Shown: positions 23,026 to 37,671 of the stretch, piece after piece
Position numbering within the stretch: position 1 is the stretch's first letter
Layout of the letters: every line of letters starts with the position of its first letter
Assembly (NCBI RefSeq): GCF_006345805.1
Contig: NC_042998.1
Location: 32,612,001-32,676,000 of the forward strand
DNA from: Octopus sinensis
Taxonomy: Eukaryota
Direction: 5' to 3'
DNA length: 64,000 bases
Notes under the pieces: generated by a model
What the model saw: the letters and a program-made list of their open reading frames with translations, nothing else
The model's database searches: none
Told to the model about the DNA's origin: nothing
Translations under genes and position numbers: made by a program

Positions 23026-24789
23026 ACATTGTCTATTTCAGTTTTGAAAATCTAGAATTTAAAAGGATCCAGTAAAATAATTCTTTTGAGCTGTTTATTG
23101 GAACATAACAGAAAAACTTCTATGATGAATGGTTCCATCTTAAATATGAACACTTAAAAATGGCCAGTTTCTGTTAGAGAAGCAGAAGTGATGTCACATT
23201 ATTTGGTATGAACAGATTTATTTTCCATCTCTCTATTTCCTAATTTAGTATGGCATAACCTAGTTTCTACAGTAATATAGTGACAAAAATAGAGGTTAAT
23301 TTTTTAATTTTTCAAATGTTATTTCCTTAAATTACAAATGGAAGAGTTAGTGATCCATATAAATTTCAATTCCCAAAAATCATTGGTTCTTATCATTTTC
23401 AAATACCAATCTCAGAATTCTGACCTTTGCAGAAGCTCAACAATCAATTATATAGACAGTATTACTAATAGAACTATATTTCAAATACGATTTCAAATTA
23501 AAATTCACCAAATTGCAATTAAAGTATCTTTAATAATTATTTTGGAGCTAACACAATTAAGAGGATTAGAAATTTAATTTTATGTCCATGTACCAGTATG
23601 GTATAGAATGATTCTGATGAGCAATTAGCATTACCAATATGCAATGCATATTAACAGGATACATGTAGAGTCATGATGCAACAAAGAAACCTCTGTGTTG
23701 CAAGTTGGTCTGCTAGACATAGTAGCTTCATCTCCCTCACATTACATTAAACAGCAATGATTAAAAGCTTTTTCTGTTATTTTAAGTTTTAAAACAAATG
23801 TTCTTTTACTTCTTTCAGTCATTGGACGGCAGCCCTCTAGGCCACTGCCTTCAATGTTTTAATTAAACAAATCACCCCAGTGCTTATTCTTAAGCCCAGT
23901 CCAGGAATTGAAACTACAATCTCAAGATCATAACTTGTTTCAGTCATTGGACTGCAGCCCTCTGGGCCACTGCCTTCAATGTTTTAATTGAGCAAATTAC
24001 CCCAGTGCTTATTCCTAAGCCTGGTCCAGGAATTGAAACTACAATCTCAAGATCATAACTTCTATAGCCTAATCACTAAGCCACACACCACCACCACACT
24101 CTGCTATGCACACTGCTACACACATACACATGCACTCACATGTACAACAACACACACACACAAACATATACATATGCATGCACACACACACATACATACA
24201 CACATACATACAGCTTGGGCAAGTGTCTCACGCTATTGTCTTGAACTGACCAATGCCATAAGAGAGGATTTTATAAAAAGAAAGTGAAAGTTGCACATTG
24301 TGTACATATACATGTGTGTGTGTGTATGTGTGTGTGTGTGCATGTTTATGTCTCCTTATCTTGATGTCATGTGACAATTGTAAATGTGAGTCGCTGTCGT
24401 CAAACAAACAGTGTCATTCATTCCTAGCTTTCCGTTTGAACATGTCTGGTCATGGGAAATATTACCTTGCTTGAAAACAGGTAAGTATTGGCAACAGAAA
24501 GAGCAACAAGCTGGTATGGGTTCGATGGTTTGACAGTGATTGGCCAAGGAGAAGACTGCACCAGGCTTTGGGAGAGGTTTTACAGCTCAGTGGCCTTCCA
24601 AACTCCAGCCAATTTACAGTGTGGACTGGATGTGCCAGTACTGGTTGGGGTCACCAGTAACTTGTGGACAAAGATCGTTTGAGAAGTGGGGTGAATATTG
24701 GGGTAGGTGGCCTTGTGCCAGGTGATGAGAGGCTAGAGTGTGACAGAGGGACCGAAACAGGTGTTTTGTTGTTGGGAGTGAAACAGACG

Positions 24790-24993
24790 CAGGAGTGGCT
24801 GTGTGGTAAGTAGCTTGTTTACCAACCACATGGTTCCGGGTTCAGTCCCACTGCGTGGCACCTTGGGCAAGTGTCTTCTACTATAGCCCCTGGCCGACCA
24901 AAGCCTTGTGAGTGGATTTGGTAGACGGAAACTGAAAGAAGCCCGTCATATATATGTATATATATATGTATGTGTGTGTGTGTGTTTGTGTGT

Positions 24994-25030
<37 letters not shown>

Positions 25031-25715
25031 TGTGTGTGTGAGTATGTTTGTGTGTTTGTTCCCCCAACATCGCTTGACAACCAATGCTGGTGTGTTTACA
25101 TCCTCGTAACTTAGCAGTTCAGCAAAGACCGATAGAATAAGTACTAGGCTTACAAAGAATAAGTCCTGGGGTCGATTTGCTCGACTAAAGGCAGTGCTCC
25201 AGCATGGCCACAGTCAAATGACTGAAACAAGTAAAAGAGTAAAGAGTATGGTTATCCCAGTCAGAGAGAGAGAGAGAGAGAGAGAGAAAGAAAGAGAGGG
25301 AAGGGGGAGAGAAGGAGAGTTCAAAAACGAGGACAAAAACAGTATGTTGCTGTAGAGGAGATATATGATAACCCAGGCAGAAGGAGATGCTGGTGTGTTT
25401 ACATCTCAGTGACTTAGTAGTTCAACAAAAGAGACCTATAGAATAAGTACTAGGCTTACAAAGAATAAGACCTGGGGTCGATTTGTCCAACTAAAGGCGG
25501 TGCTCCAGCATGGCCACACTCAAATAACTGAAACAAGTAAAAGAATAAAAGAAAATGAGATGGACTTGTTTCAGTTTCCGTCTTCCAAATCCACTCACAA
25601 GACTTTGTTTAGCCTGAGTCTATAGCAGAAGACCCTGGGCCAAGGTGCCACAGAGTGAGATTGAACTCAGAATGATATGGAATTGGAAGCAAACTTATTA
25701 CAACACAGCCATGCT
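24790..25715. mobile_element. SINE family B cluster: full copy (+, 24790-25250), tail (+, 25385-25555), head (-, 25565-25715)
   Basis: Family B motifs in both orientations. Confidence 0.85.
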
Positions 25716-25989
25716 TGTGCTTAGCCATACTTGTGTTATACTTATGTATAACTAAATTATGGATACCAAGTTTTGAAGATACTTAAGCATTTGAATGAAT
25801 TTTGTAACAGCTTTGATTATGTCTTTGAAAATCTGTAGTACAATATGGTACTCCTTGTGGTGGACTGATTAAGAACCTTGTCATAAGCCTTTATGGCCCC
25901 ATTTCTATTTTCCATGACTGCGGCCTATGCAAATGCTGTATAACCAGCCCATTTAAGAGTTCCCTTCAATCATTGGACAATAAACTATG

Positions 25990-26385
25990 CTTGCGTGGAC
26001 CTGTTGAGGCAAGTGAAATTGGTGTCATGGCTGATGACAGTACCGCCTGATTGGCACCCATGCCAGTGGAACGTTAGAAGCACCATCCAAGTGTGATTGT
26101 TGCCAGGGCTGCTGACTGGATCCCATGATGGTGGCACATAAAAAAAGCACAATTCGAGCATGGTTGTTGCCAGTGCCACCAGACTGGCCCTCGTGCTGGT
26201 GGCACGTAAAAACACCCACTACACTCTTGAAGTGGTTGGTGTTAGGAAGGGCATCCAACTGTAGAAGCATTGCCAGATCAGATTGGAGCCTGGTGCAGCC
26301 TTCTGGTTCACTGGCCCTCAGTCAAACCGTCTAACCCATGCCAGCATAGAAAGCGGACGTTAAAAGATGATGATGATGATGATTA
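25990..26385 (+). mobile_element. RTE 3' UTR copy
   Basis: gacctgttgaggcaagtg...ggaagggcatcc...(GAT)n. Confidence 0.8.
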
Positions 26386-26994
26386 TAGGTAGTGGGGCTT
26401 CAAAAGGGGTCTCAGGGAGAAGCGTTCCCGCCTTCCTGAGCTAGTTTTCCATCACATTTCTTAAAATTTGTGGTAGAGGCTTTAGTCTCGGGACCACTCA
26501 TGTCTAGAAACCGAAGTTGAGGGTAAGCAAGGGCATGCTCCCCGTAGAAATTCCAGCTCCCAAAAAGCCTCATGATAACAAAGGAGAATGGGTACCAACC
26601 AACCCAAAGGTTGGGGTGGGCTGCACCTGCCTACCTCAGTTGCTATGGCATTGAACTATATCTGCCCCTATCCTCATTAATGGGGACAAAACTTGGATTT
26701 AAAACACTGGATGATGATGATGATGATGATTATAGATTATTTTTTTAATCTTTCACTAAAACCACCAGAATTTCTAACTGAATCTTTCCCCAATGCCTAA
26801 TTCTAAATTGACCTAATAATTATTTTTATCAAATTATGGAGCTAATATGTTCAAATAGATCTAGATTTAGAAAATTGCAAAATAATATTTGTTCTGAAAA
26901 ACAGCCACTTTATATTCACAATTTCAAGCTATTTTGCAATCTTTTGCCTTGAGAAATTCCCAAATGATTAGCTTATGGAGCGCGTGAACACACA

Positions 26995-27752
<758 letters not shown>

Positions 27753-28172
27753 AAAACTATTTTTAAACACTGAATAAATGACATAGAAAATTTCTCTCTA
27801 AATGTATTCAATTCCATACAAACATGCAATATAAAAGAATATGATTGATAGGAAAATCCTACGAGGAATTGAGCAAATGGTTAAATTATGAACATACATT
27901 ATTTTTAGCTTTAGTATAATTAGAATAATCTCTTAAAACTGCTTTGTATCAGTGAAAAAGTTTCAAGTATACTAGTCATACCATTGGATAGGTTCTGTAA
28001 AGGAAAGAGATTCAACTGGAAAATTTAGCTTACAAATAGACATATTATTATAGGAGAATAGTTCTTTATTATTCTTTTAATCTTGGTAATCCATTCATTA
28101 TCCGCTTTACTTTGAGTTAGTAGTTCTGCTGCCTCCTTCAAGTAAGCTGTACAAATCTTCAGAATTCCTTAC

Positions 28173-28268
28173 CATTCCCCCATTTCCTCCACCCATCCAA
28201 AGGGGATTGATCCAGCAACCAGCCCATGTAATTACCGCAATATCTTCCTGCATGCTTCAGTGAAATCA
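28173..28268 (-). CDS. Possible 96-nt symmetric exon (ISLKHAGRYCGNYMGWLLDQSPLDGWRKWGN)
   Basis: Donor gtaagg, branch-like ctaat, weak aag acceptor; phase 1-1. Confidence 0.25.
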
Positions 28269-28614
28269 CTTGGGAAATTAGTCAACAAAAGACAGTAAAA
28301 ATCTTATCCGTGTTGAGTCTGGTGAAATCTTAATGAAACTTTTACACTGCTGTTGATATCAGGTGAAGATGCTTAATAGCCAGAAAGCATGGTTATAAAA
28401 GAGAATTGAAAGATTTGCCAAATGTTAGCCATAACTTTGTAGTGTGAGCACAAACGGCCTTGGGGAAATACATACTGGAAGTAATATGCTATTTAGCAAA
28501 CGGAAATTGCTATTAAGATTACAAATAAAAATAATTTCAATATATTTTAATTATATGCTAAGCAAATCATATTTTCTTTATTTAGTACCTCATTCTGCAC
28601 ATTAATATAATAAT

Positions 28615-28810
28615 CCTTTGTGCTGTAGGTACCGGGCCTTAAATTTTGGGGAATGGAACAAATCGATTCCCTCAGTCCCATTGCTTGACTGGTACTTAAT
28701 TCATCTGCCCCAAAAGGATGAAAGGCAAAGTCGACTTAGGTGGAATTTGAACTCAGAACATAAAGACAGACAAAATACTCCTCGGTGTGCTAACACTTGT
28801 GCCAGCCCAC
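28615..28810 (-). mobile_element. SINE family A
   Basis: Reverse-complemented central domain and B-box. Confidence 0.8.
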
Positions 28811-28875
28811 TTCATGTTAATAACAATAATAATAAATAATAATAACAATAATAAATAATAATAATAATAATAATA

Positions 28876-28915
<40 letters not shown>

Positions 28916-28928
28916 TAATAATAATAAT

Positions 28929-29410
28929 AAATTAGATATTGACACTACCATCAAGGAACTTGACCCACAAGAAAGTTACAGATACCTAGGAATCAACGAA
29001 GGAGATGGTATACATCATGCTACTATGAAGGAAAAAATAAGAAAGGAATGCTATAGGAGAATAAGGCTTGTACTGAAGACTGAACTCAACTCCAAAGGAG
29101 CACTAGGAATGATCAAGAAGGGAACCGAAAATTATACGAGAATGATCCCTGGCTTACCATCCCTGCAAGAAGTGCAAAAGATTGTCTTAACTGGTACATC
29201 ACACGTATTGAGAAGAGCATTGTCGATGTGAGAACTGTTGCTGCTCATGTATTTTAATTTAACTTTAAAAAAAAAAAAAAAAAAAAAAAATGAACGTACT
29301 ACTGAGTTTGGTTTAATGGCCTACCAATATACACTATGAGTTTCTTTGCCCTAGGAGTCGGGAAGACACTCGGCAAGAAATGGAAGAAAATTTGAAAGAA
29401 GAAAAAAAAT
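28929..29410 (+). mobile_element. Chimeric R4/Dong-like fragment (RT piece fused to the C-terminus of another subfamily)
   Basis: 28929-29096 is identical to 29705-29871, then jumps to GALGMIKK...HVLRRALSM*; flanked by (AAT)n. Confidence 0.8.
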
Positions 29411-29434
29411 AGTAATAATAATAATAATAATAAT

Positions 29435-31250
29435 CCTTCTCTCCATTACTTTTTTGCATGGCACTGATCCCACTCTCAAAGAAATTGGATAATACCAGAT
29501 ATGGGTACAAAGTTTTTAGTAGGTCAATAAACCACCTTTTCTATATGGACGACCTAAAGCTGTTTGCCAGGAATGACCATGACCTAGAAGGGCTGCTAAC
29601 AACTGTTAAAGAGTTTAGCAATGATATCAGAATGGATTTTGGCCTTGATAAGTGTGCTAAAGCAACTTTTGTAAGAGGCAAGCTCAGGCAAACAGATTCT
29701 GTTAAATTAGATATTGACACTACCATCAAGGAACTTGACCCACAAGAAAGTTACAGATACCTAGGAATCAACGAAGGAGATGGTATACATCATGCTACTA
29801 TGAAGGAAAAAATAAGAAAGGAATGCTATAGGAGAATAAGGCTTGTACTGAAGACTGAACTCAACTCCAAAAATTGCATTGAGGCCATTAACACCCTGGC
29901 ACTTCCAGTAGTCCAGTACAGTTTTAACATCATTAACTGGAACCTTACGGAACTCCAACGCTTGGACAGGAAGACAAGAAAATTACTGACATCCAAGAAC
30001 ATGCACCACCCTAAGGCAGATGTAGACCACCTGTACCTACCTAGAAGCAGCGGGGGGAGAGGAGGAATGATGCAATTAGAGCTGTGCTATAAGACCTCCA
30101 CTATAGGAATGAACAGGTACCTATCTAGGACAAAGGACTGGATGCTGCGACTTGTGTGTGAACACGAAAGCAGCAAAAAGCTGCATTCTATTGTCAAGGA
30201 AGCTTATAAGTTTGAAAGGGAACTAGACATTAACCTTGAATCAAATAAAGAACTGGAAACCACTACTATCAAACAAGCAAAGCGAATCAAGCAGACTGCA
30301 AAAAAGAACGGGCAGAATCAAATTGAGAGGCGGTGGAGCCAGAAGCCCCTGCATGGATAATATATTCTCCGAAGCCAAAATACTGATGTAGACCAAGCAA
30401 CAACCCATCAGTGGCTGAAGAGTTCAGGATTGAAAGCAGAAACTGAAGGCTTCATACTGGCAGCACAAGATCAAAGCTTGTTTACCAGAAATTACCAGGC
30501 TAGCGTTCTCCGAAACGGTACTGACCCTAAATGCAGATTCTGTGACACATTTGACGAAACAATAGACCATCTCGTTTCCAGATGTCCTGTGCTGACACCA
30601 AACGAATACAAAAATCGCCACGATAGGGTAGGAGAGTATATACATTGGAAGATATGTAAACACTACAAATTCGGCACTCCTGCTAACTGGTAAGAACATC
30701 ATCCTCAGCCAGTTGTTGAAGGTAAAAATGTCACCATCCTCTGGGATTTTCCAGTCAACACTGACAGAACGATCAAGGCTAATCGACCAGACATAATTGT
30801 TAAAGACAGGGAAGAAAATACCTGCAGACTAATAGAGGTAAGCGTCCCCACTGATAACAATATATCTGTAAAGGAATTCGACAAACTTAGTAAATATAAG
30901 GACCTGGAAATCGAAATACAAAAGATGTGGAATCTTAAAACAAAAACTGTTCCTGTTATTGTAGGTGCCCTAGGTATGATAAAAAAGGGATGTCAGAAAC
31001 ACCTAGACAATATCCATGGAGAACCATGTCTCAAGGAAATCCAAAAGATTGTGCTAACAAGTACTGCCCACATCCTTAGAAAAACCCTATCAATGTAAAT
31101 GTTTGTGTTGTATTACATGGAGATATTTCTCTACTTCCCCTCCCCAAGCTTTCAGCTATATTTCAACAACTCTTAACCTTCACTTGCCCTAGGGCACTGG
31201 GTGTGCCCCGGCAAGTGATTGCATCAAACATGCAGTTTAAAAGTAAATGA
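29435..31250 (+). mobile_element. 5'-truncated R4/Dong-like LINE: RT, CCHC knuckle and RLE; pseudogenised
   Basis: FYMDDLK, YRYLG, CRFC..ETIDHLVSRC, NRPDI, IEVSVP, KLSKYKDL in one frame 29458-31098 with in-frame TAA at 30358 and 30691; (AAT)n on both sides. Confidence 0.92.
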
Positions 31251-31251
31251 C

Positions 31252-31299
<48 letters not shown>

Positions 31300-31788
31300 C
31301 AAACTATGTTAGATCATAGATATAGCATGCCCAGCTGACAACAAGGTATGCGATAAGGAAGAAAGAAAAGTCGAGAGATATGACAGGTTAGCTTGGGAAG
31401 TTAAGCAGTTGTGGTCGATGAAAAAGGTGGTAGTGGTATCAATAATTGTCGGAGCCCTGGGAACAGTGAGTAAAAATCTTGAGAAGTACATGGAACAAAT
31501 AGGAGCTGCAAAAAGGGTGGAGCACTTGCAGAAAACAGCACTGCTTGGAATAGCTCAAATACTCTGGAAGATGCTCGAAAAATAAGAAGTGTCACCTTAG
31601 TTCGCTGGTAGTGAACAGCTAACACTATAGAACAGCTCCAGTGTTAGAAGCTGTGCAAAGGCAATGACAATAATAATAATAATAATAGATATAGCATGCC
31701 CAGCTGAGAACAAGGTATGTGATAAGGAAAAAAGAAAAGTCGAAAGATATAGCTTGGGAAGTTAGGCAGTTGTGGTCGATGAAAACAG
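31300..31788 (+). mobile_element. Two further Dong-like 3' fragments (31300-31665, 31686-31788) separated by (AAT)n
   Basis: Near-identical to 5070-5420. Confidence 0.85.
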
Positions 31789-31789
31789 A

Positions 31790-32240
31790 TTTGCTTGTCA
31801 GTTGTTTGACCATAACCAGTTGAGCATGTCCTTTAGTGGTTGACAATATGTGCATCTTTGATCATGGGCAGAAGTAGTGTGGGGAGCATCATAACCATGG
31901 GTTGAGAGAAATTCTTTGGGGTTTGAATAATTCACCTCTGGAAACATTTGTCTTTTGTTCAACATACTTAAACAATCCTTATTCAGGGACCTTTTGAGAG
32001 AGATGGGCTATTCGACCTGAAGAAAATTCTAACTGGGCCTCACCTGCAAGGTCATGTGCTTTTTATCTTGATTTGAGATCACCTTGTCACACACATATGG
32101 TTGTGATGCATGTGCCTGGTGTACCTTTATCAGATGGGTAGTCGTGATGGATATACTGGGCTTCATATATTTGTACCCCAGTGTCACTTTGATGGCATGA
32201 GCTGCTCTCTCAGTCAATAATAATAATAATAATAATAATA
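31790..32240 (+). mobile_element. Unclassified (AAT)n-tailed repeat-like element
   Basis: GC-richer block ending in (AAT)n next to the Dong cluster; single copy in the window. Confidence 0.3.
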
Positions 32241-32575
32241 ATTAGGCATTTAGATGAGGATAATAAATTGTGAAGTCTAAAATATCTTTTTAGTTTGATA
32301 ATTGAATATTAATGAGTTGCATTGGTGGGAGTAAACCAAATAATCTCATTTCTAAAGTGATGTTTTTTTAATTGTCTTCATTATATAATTATTATTTACA
32401 CTGGTTCTTTTAAGTATGATAAAACCCTCATGTGATGAGAATGGATGAGTGTTGGGGTAAAGTAATTAATAAATTAGTTGGGTAAAGAAAGCTTGGAGTT
32501 TTATAAAATGACAGGGAGAAACCTTGGGATGCTAATGAAATGAAAACTTAATAGTAAAAGTGAGCGCCAGTAATC

Positions 32576-32802
32576 TTAACCCTTTTGTTACCATATTTCT
32601 ATTGAGATGCGCTGTGTTTCTTTCAATTACTTTAAATGTAACAAAGAATTTAGTAAAATAACTTAGTTATCATTGAGCTAGTGTTAGAAGCATAATTGTG
32701 ACTAAGGTTTGGTGGAAGATTTTAATTCAGAACTTTTCAAAACAAGACATTTGTACTACAGAACCAGAGGCAGTTTCATCTGGGTTAATATCAAAAGCGT
32801 TA
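32576..32802. mobile_element. piggyBac-like MITE, copy 1
   Basis: ttaa-cccttttgttacc start; degenerate right end. Confidence 0.7.
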
Positions 32803-32947
32803 TACACACCTCTACATTTGGGCAGATGTACATTAGAACCAGTTGGAAGGATGTGGATTGAAGGAAATTTAGGCTATTATTTCTAGCATATAGAGTGACT
32901 ATATTGATGTCTCCTTCTCTTATGTGTTCTGCTGAGCATTTTTCTTC

Positions 32948-33177
32948 TTAACCCTTTTTTTACCATATTTATTTTGAGATGTTCTGTGTTTCTTTCACTT
33001 AATTTTAAATATAACAAAGAATTTAGTAAAATAACTTAGTTATCATTAAGCTAGTGTTAGGAACATAAATTGTGACTAAGGTTTGGTGGAAGATTTTAAT
33101 TCAGAACTTTTGAAAACAAGACATTCGTACTACAGAGCCAGAGCCAGTTTCAGCTGGGTTGGTAACAAAAGGGTTAA
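32948..33177. mobile_element. piggyBac-like MITE, copy 2 (complete)
   Basis: TTAA-cccttttttacc ... ggtaacaaaaggg-TTAA. Confidence 0.8.
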
Positions 33178-34609
33178 TGTAGCAAGCTAAGGCATGTTAG
33201 TTGATTAGAATTCTGCTTTTATTGATGAGAACAACTCACTAAATGACTAATTCTGATTAGAAGAGGCGGGGGAGGTAACTCTGAAATTATTAAACATGGA
33301 CTACAGTGTGAAGCAAGTCTGATCTTTAGTTGTGTGGGGAAGAATCTAATAGGGAATCACAACTCATAGAGGATATATAATGTAATGGTGTCTTGGGAAT
33401 TCTTTATAGGTTCATCTAATTTATAGAAGCTTAGGATAAATAAACTAATATTTACTGTCAAAGATTAATATGACTGTTAAAGATTATTGCTGCCATCAAT
33501 AATAACAACAGCATTGATTATGGAAATGGTGTTGATGGATCTACATTGTTCTGTTTTATGAAATTCATGGTGTTTGGATGATAGCAGCTCATTCTGCTTT
33601 CAGTGCAGCCGCTACAGTCATTGTGACAGCATTTCAAGATTTCTGATTTAGCCATGCATTTTAACAAGCTTCGTCACTGATTTATGAAAAAAGTTATTAA
33701 TAACAAGAGTCGTATATTATAATGCAAATAACAACAAATAATGAAATTATGGTTAATAAGTGAATGGAGAATGGCATAATATATTTATCTTGGTTCTGTG
33801 AAAGACTTGAAAGACTCGTTGAATTATTGACGGCATAAAATTTCCTGGGTGGAATATTGAGACAATTGATTGTGATATGTGATAAGAATAAAAGAAGTTT
33901 CGAAATATATTGATGCAAAAGCAACCGTTCAGGTAGATATGAAGATAGTGTATTCTGGTTCCATTGCTTTACATCAGTTTAATGTATGATGTGTTTTTGT
34001 TTGAAATATTTCTCTAAATCTCGGTAGAGTTAGTTCTGATGTGAGGTGAAATCCTGAGAAAAATACAGGAATACATCCAGAAATTACCATCATCCTCCTC
34101 ACTGTGTGTGTGTGTGTGTGTGTGTGCATGCATGTGTGTGTACGTGCATGTGTGAGTGTCTGTGTGCATGCATGTGTGTATGTGCATGCATATATGTGTG
34201 TGTATGCATGTGCATGTGTGTAATAGTTGAGGGTAAGTGAAAAGCAACCCAGCAGCCAGAGGAGTGACTGAAGCACAAAGATCTTCTTGGGAATGTGGCA
34301 GAGGGCAAGGCTGGATTCAGAAGTGCTACATCATCTCATCTAGGTTGTCCCATAGTATGCCCCTTTTCAGGGGTTTTGGATGCACACACTATAGGAGCCA
34401 CAGAGCACTGCTCCATGTGATCCTGTAGTTTCCATCTAACTAGGAATATTAGAGTCTCATCCATTATCTTATTCAAGATCCTCTGCATGACATCCTGGTA
34501 GTTCAAAGCCAGGAATCTGATCTGTTAAGTCCTGCCGATAACTAAATCCACGCCCTGCTGTCAACGCTTCAATTTATTCTCATTAAGATTTTTTCTGTCT
34601 CCTACCCTC

Positions 34610-35030
34610 CAACCACACATAAGAGGTGCAGCAATATCAGAAGAATATTAACAAAGAAAGTAGTCTTTATGTGTAGCAGATGTAGAGGTACAATAAATAC
34701 TAGAAATGTACAGAAAACAGACTTCATCAAATGCCAGGTCTGATACATTGAGGTAGTAGACAGCTTCTATTACCTGAGTAACCAAGTCAGCAGTGGAGGT
34801 GGAAGCTCTGAGAGCATAGCTGCTAGAATAGAAATAAGCTGGGCAAAGTTCAGAGAGCTTCTATCTCTGTTGGTAAGAAAGGGCCTCTCCCTCCAAGCGA
34901 ATGGCAGATTATATGATGCCTGTGTGTGAACAGCCATTCTACACAGAAATGAAACATGAGCTGTGACTGCAGCAGTCATGTGAAGGCTTGAAAGAGATGA
35001 AGCTAGAATGCTTCAAAGGATGTGAAATGT
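34610..35030 (+). mobile_element. Decayed RTE RT fragment
   Basis: Similar to 14240-14660 (HKRCSNI, FYYLSNQVSSGGGSS, WAKFRELL). Confidence 0.8.
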
Positions 35031-35679
35031 CAATGTGAGTGTACATAGAAGTGGAGATCCACTGAAGCAGGTGGGAAAGTTTAAGTAACCTAGGAATATT
35101 CTCAAAAATGATGGAAGGTAAGAGGCTGGATTAAGTGCAAGAATTGAAGTATCTGGTTCAGAAATGCACCAGATTCAGCATTTACTCATCTGAAGAGGGG
35201 AGGTAGGTGTAAGAACCAAATCTTCAATTTGGTGCTTGTGCCTACCTTTACTTGTGGTCAGGTATCTTGGGTAATAACTGAAAGAATACAATTGTGAATA
35301 AAAGCTGTAGAAATAGGGTTCCTCTGAAGGGTCTTTGGAGTAACATTTCTCAATAGGGGCTCTCCAAGTAGAGTCACTACCTCTTTGAATTGACAGATTA
35401 CAACTTTGATACTAATGACATTCACTTTTTCTCAATAGAGTGCATAGCTCAGAGATGAGAGGGGCTCTCCAAGTAGAATCCCTGCTTCTCTGAATTGACA
35501 GATCATAGCTCCAATATTATGGATAAGTGGTAAGAATGTCCCAGAAAGAATCACTGGAAAGGTTTCACATGCAAAAACCAACCAGCAGGAGACCCAGTGC
35601 TACACCAGAATATTACAGTGCTGACAATAGCATACACGTGGACAAGGGGCCCCATTATAACAATTCTCTTTTCTCTTTT

Positions 35680-36470
35680 TTTCTCTTTTACTTGTTTCAG
35701 TCATTTGACTGTGGCCATGCTGGAGCACCGCCTTTAGTCGAGCAACTCGACCCCGGGACTTATTCTTTTTTGTAAGCCCAGTACTTATTCTATCGGTCTC
35801 TTTTTGCCGAACCGCTAAGTGACGGGGATGTAAACACACCAGCATCGGTTGTCAAGCAATGCTAGGGGGACAAACACAGGCACACAAACACATACATATA
35901 TATATGTATACATATATAGGACAGGCTTCTTTCAGTTTCCATCTACCAAATCCACTCACAAGGCATTGGTTGGCCCGGGGCTATAGTAGAAGACACTTGC
36001 CCAAGGTGCCACGCAGTGGGACTGAACTCGGAACCATGTGGTTGGTTAGCAAGCTACTTACCACACAGCCACTCCTGCGCCTATATATATTCTTTTATTT
36101 GTTTCAGACTGCGGCCATGCTGGAGCACCACCTTAGGTCGAGCAAATCGACCCCAGGACTTATTCTTTGTAAGCCTAGTACTTATTCTAGCGGTCTCTCT
36201 TACCAAACCACTAAGTGACAGGGACGTAAACACACCAGCATCAGTTGCCAAGCGGTGTTAGGGGGACAAACACAGACACACAAACATACACAGACATATA
36301 TATATATGATGGGCTTCTTTCAGTTTTCGTCTATCAAATCCACTCACAAGGCTTAGTTGGCCTGAGGCTATAGTAGATGACACTTGTCCAAGGTGCCACA
36401 CAGTGGGACTGAAGCTGGAACCATGTGGTTGGCAAGCAAGCTACTTACCACACAGTCACTCCTGCACCTA
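35680..36470 (-). mobile_element. Two tandem SINE family B copies
   Basis: Family B motifs, twice. Confidence 0.88.
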
Positions 36471-37120
36471 TGTTTGTTTTTATGTTTAATTATAAAAACA
36501 ATTTTACATTAATCTGAGGCATTATATATTTGTGTAGAGTACAAATTTATTATTCTTAATCAAGAATACTGCTGACAGTGACTTCAAAGTTTTGGCCAGT
36601 GAAGAATCTCTGAACCTGATTTTTCAGCCGCATCGTTTGATCAGCCAAATTACCTGCTCATTGAATGAATTTTTAATTGGTTTAGTATTCTGACACAGAA
36701 ACTTCTACCTTTATATTAATTCCCAGGCAGAGTCAGCATGACACAGCAAGCGACAAGCAAAGCAAGAGAAACACCAGAACACAACAGGAAATTAACAACA
36801 GACAGTCATCACTCTCTTCAGACAGGCACACACAGACGAGCATTGCTTTCCATTTAATATTAATTGCATGATTTGTACTGGGATTATTTTCTTTGCCGTT
36901 CAAATGCTCTAATAACACACTTGGAGTAAAAAGTGTTAATATTAGCTGAAAGAGAACTAAGATCAATGCAGTTTTACACAGGGAAGATCAGACTTCTTAT
37001 CTAAGGAGAAATAACAAGAATGGAAATTGTGAATACAGCAAATAATTGAAAATAGGACGAAAAAGAAGAGGAGGATGTCAAAATATCTTAGAACAGAGTG
37101 CAAAGAATAAATGAATTATT

Positions 37121-37585
37121 GGTAGCAGAATCGTTAGCACGCCAGGCGAAATGCTCAGCGGTATATCGTCTGCCGCTACGTTCTGAGTTCAAATTCCGCT
37201 GAGGTCGACTTTGCCTTTCATCCTTTCGGGGTGGATTAAATAAGTACCAGTTACACACTGGGGTCGATATAATCGACTTAATCTGTTTGTCTGTCCTTGT
37301 TTGTCTCCTCTGTTTGTAGCCCCTTGTGGGTAGTAAAGAAATAGGTTTCTAAACTAAAGATAACCTTCTTCTTGTCATCACCCTGTTTTTTTTTCTCCTC
37401 TTCAGCATCAACATTTCACATCTTATTCTGTTCCCACATAAAATAACTCACTACATGAAAGTTTCTACTCTAGGTACAAGGCCTGAAATTTTGGGGGAAG
37501 CGACCAGTTGGTTAGATCAACCCCAGTACGCAACTGGTACTTAATTTATCGATTCCGAAAGGATGAATGGCAAAGTTGAGCATGA
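37121..37585. mobile_element. SINE A (+, 37121-37345) and partial SINE A (-, 37465-37585)
   Basis: Family A motifs in opposite orientations. Confidence 0.85.
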
Positions 37586-37671
37586 CAGAATTGGAAAGTC
37601 GACCATGGTGGAAACATAGAATGAGGTAATACATCTAACACAAAACAATCTGCTTCACCATTGGATCTTAC

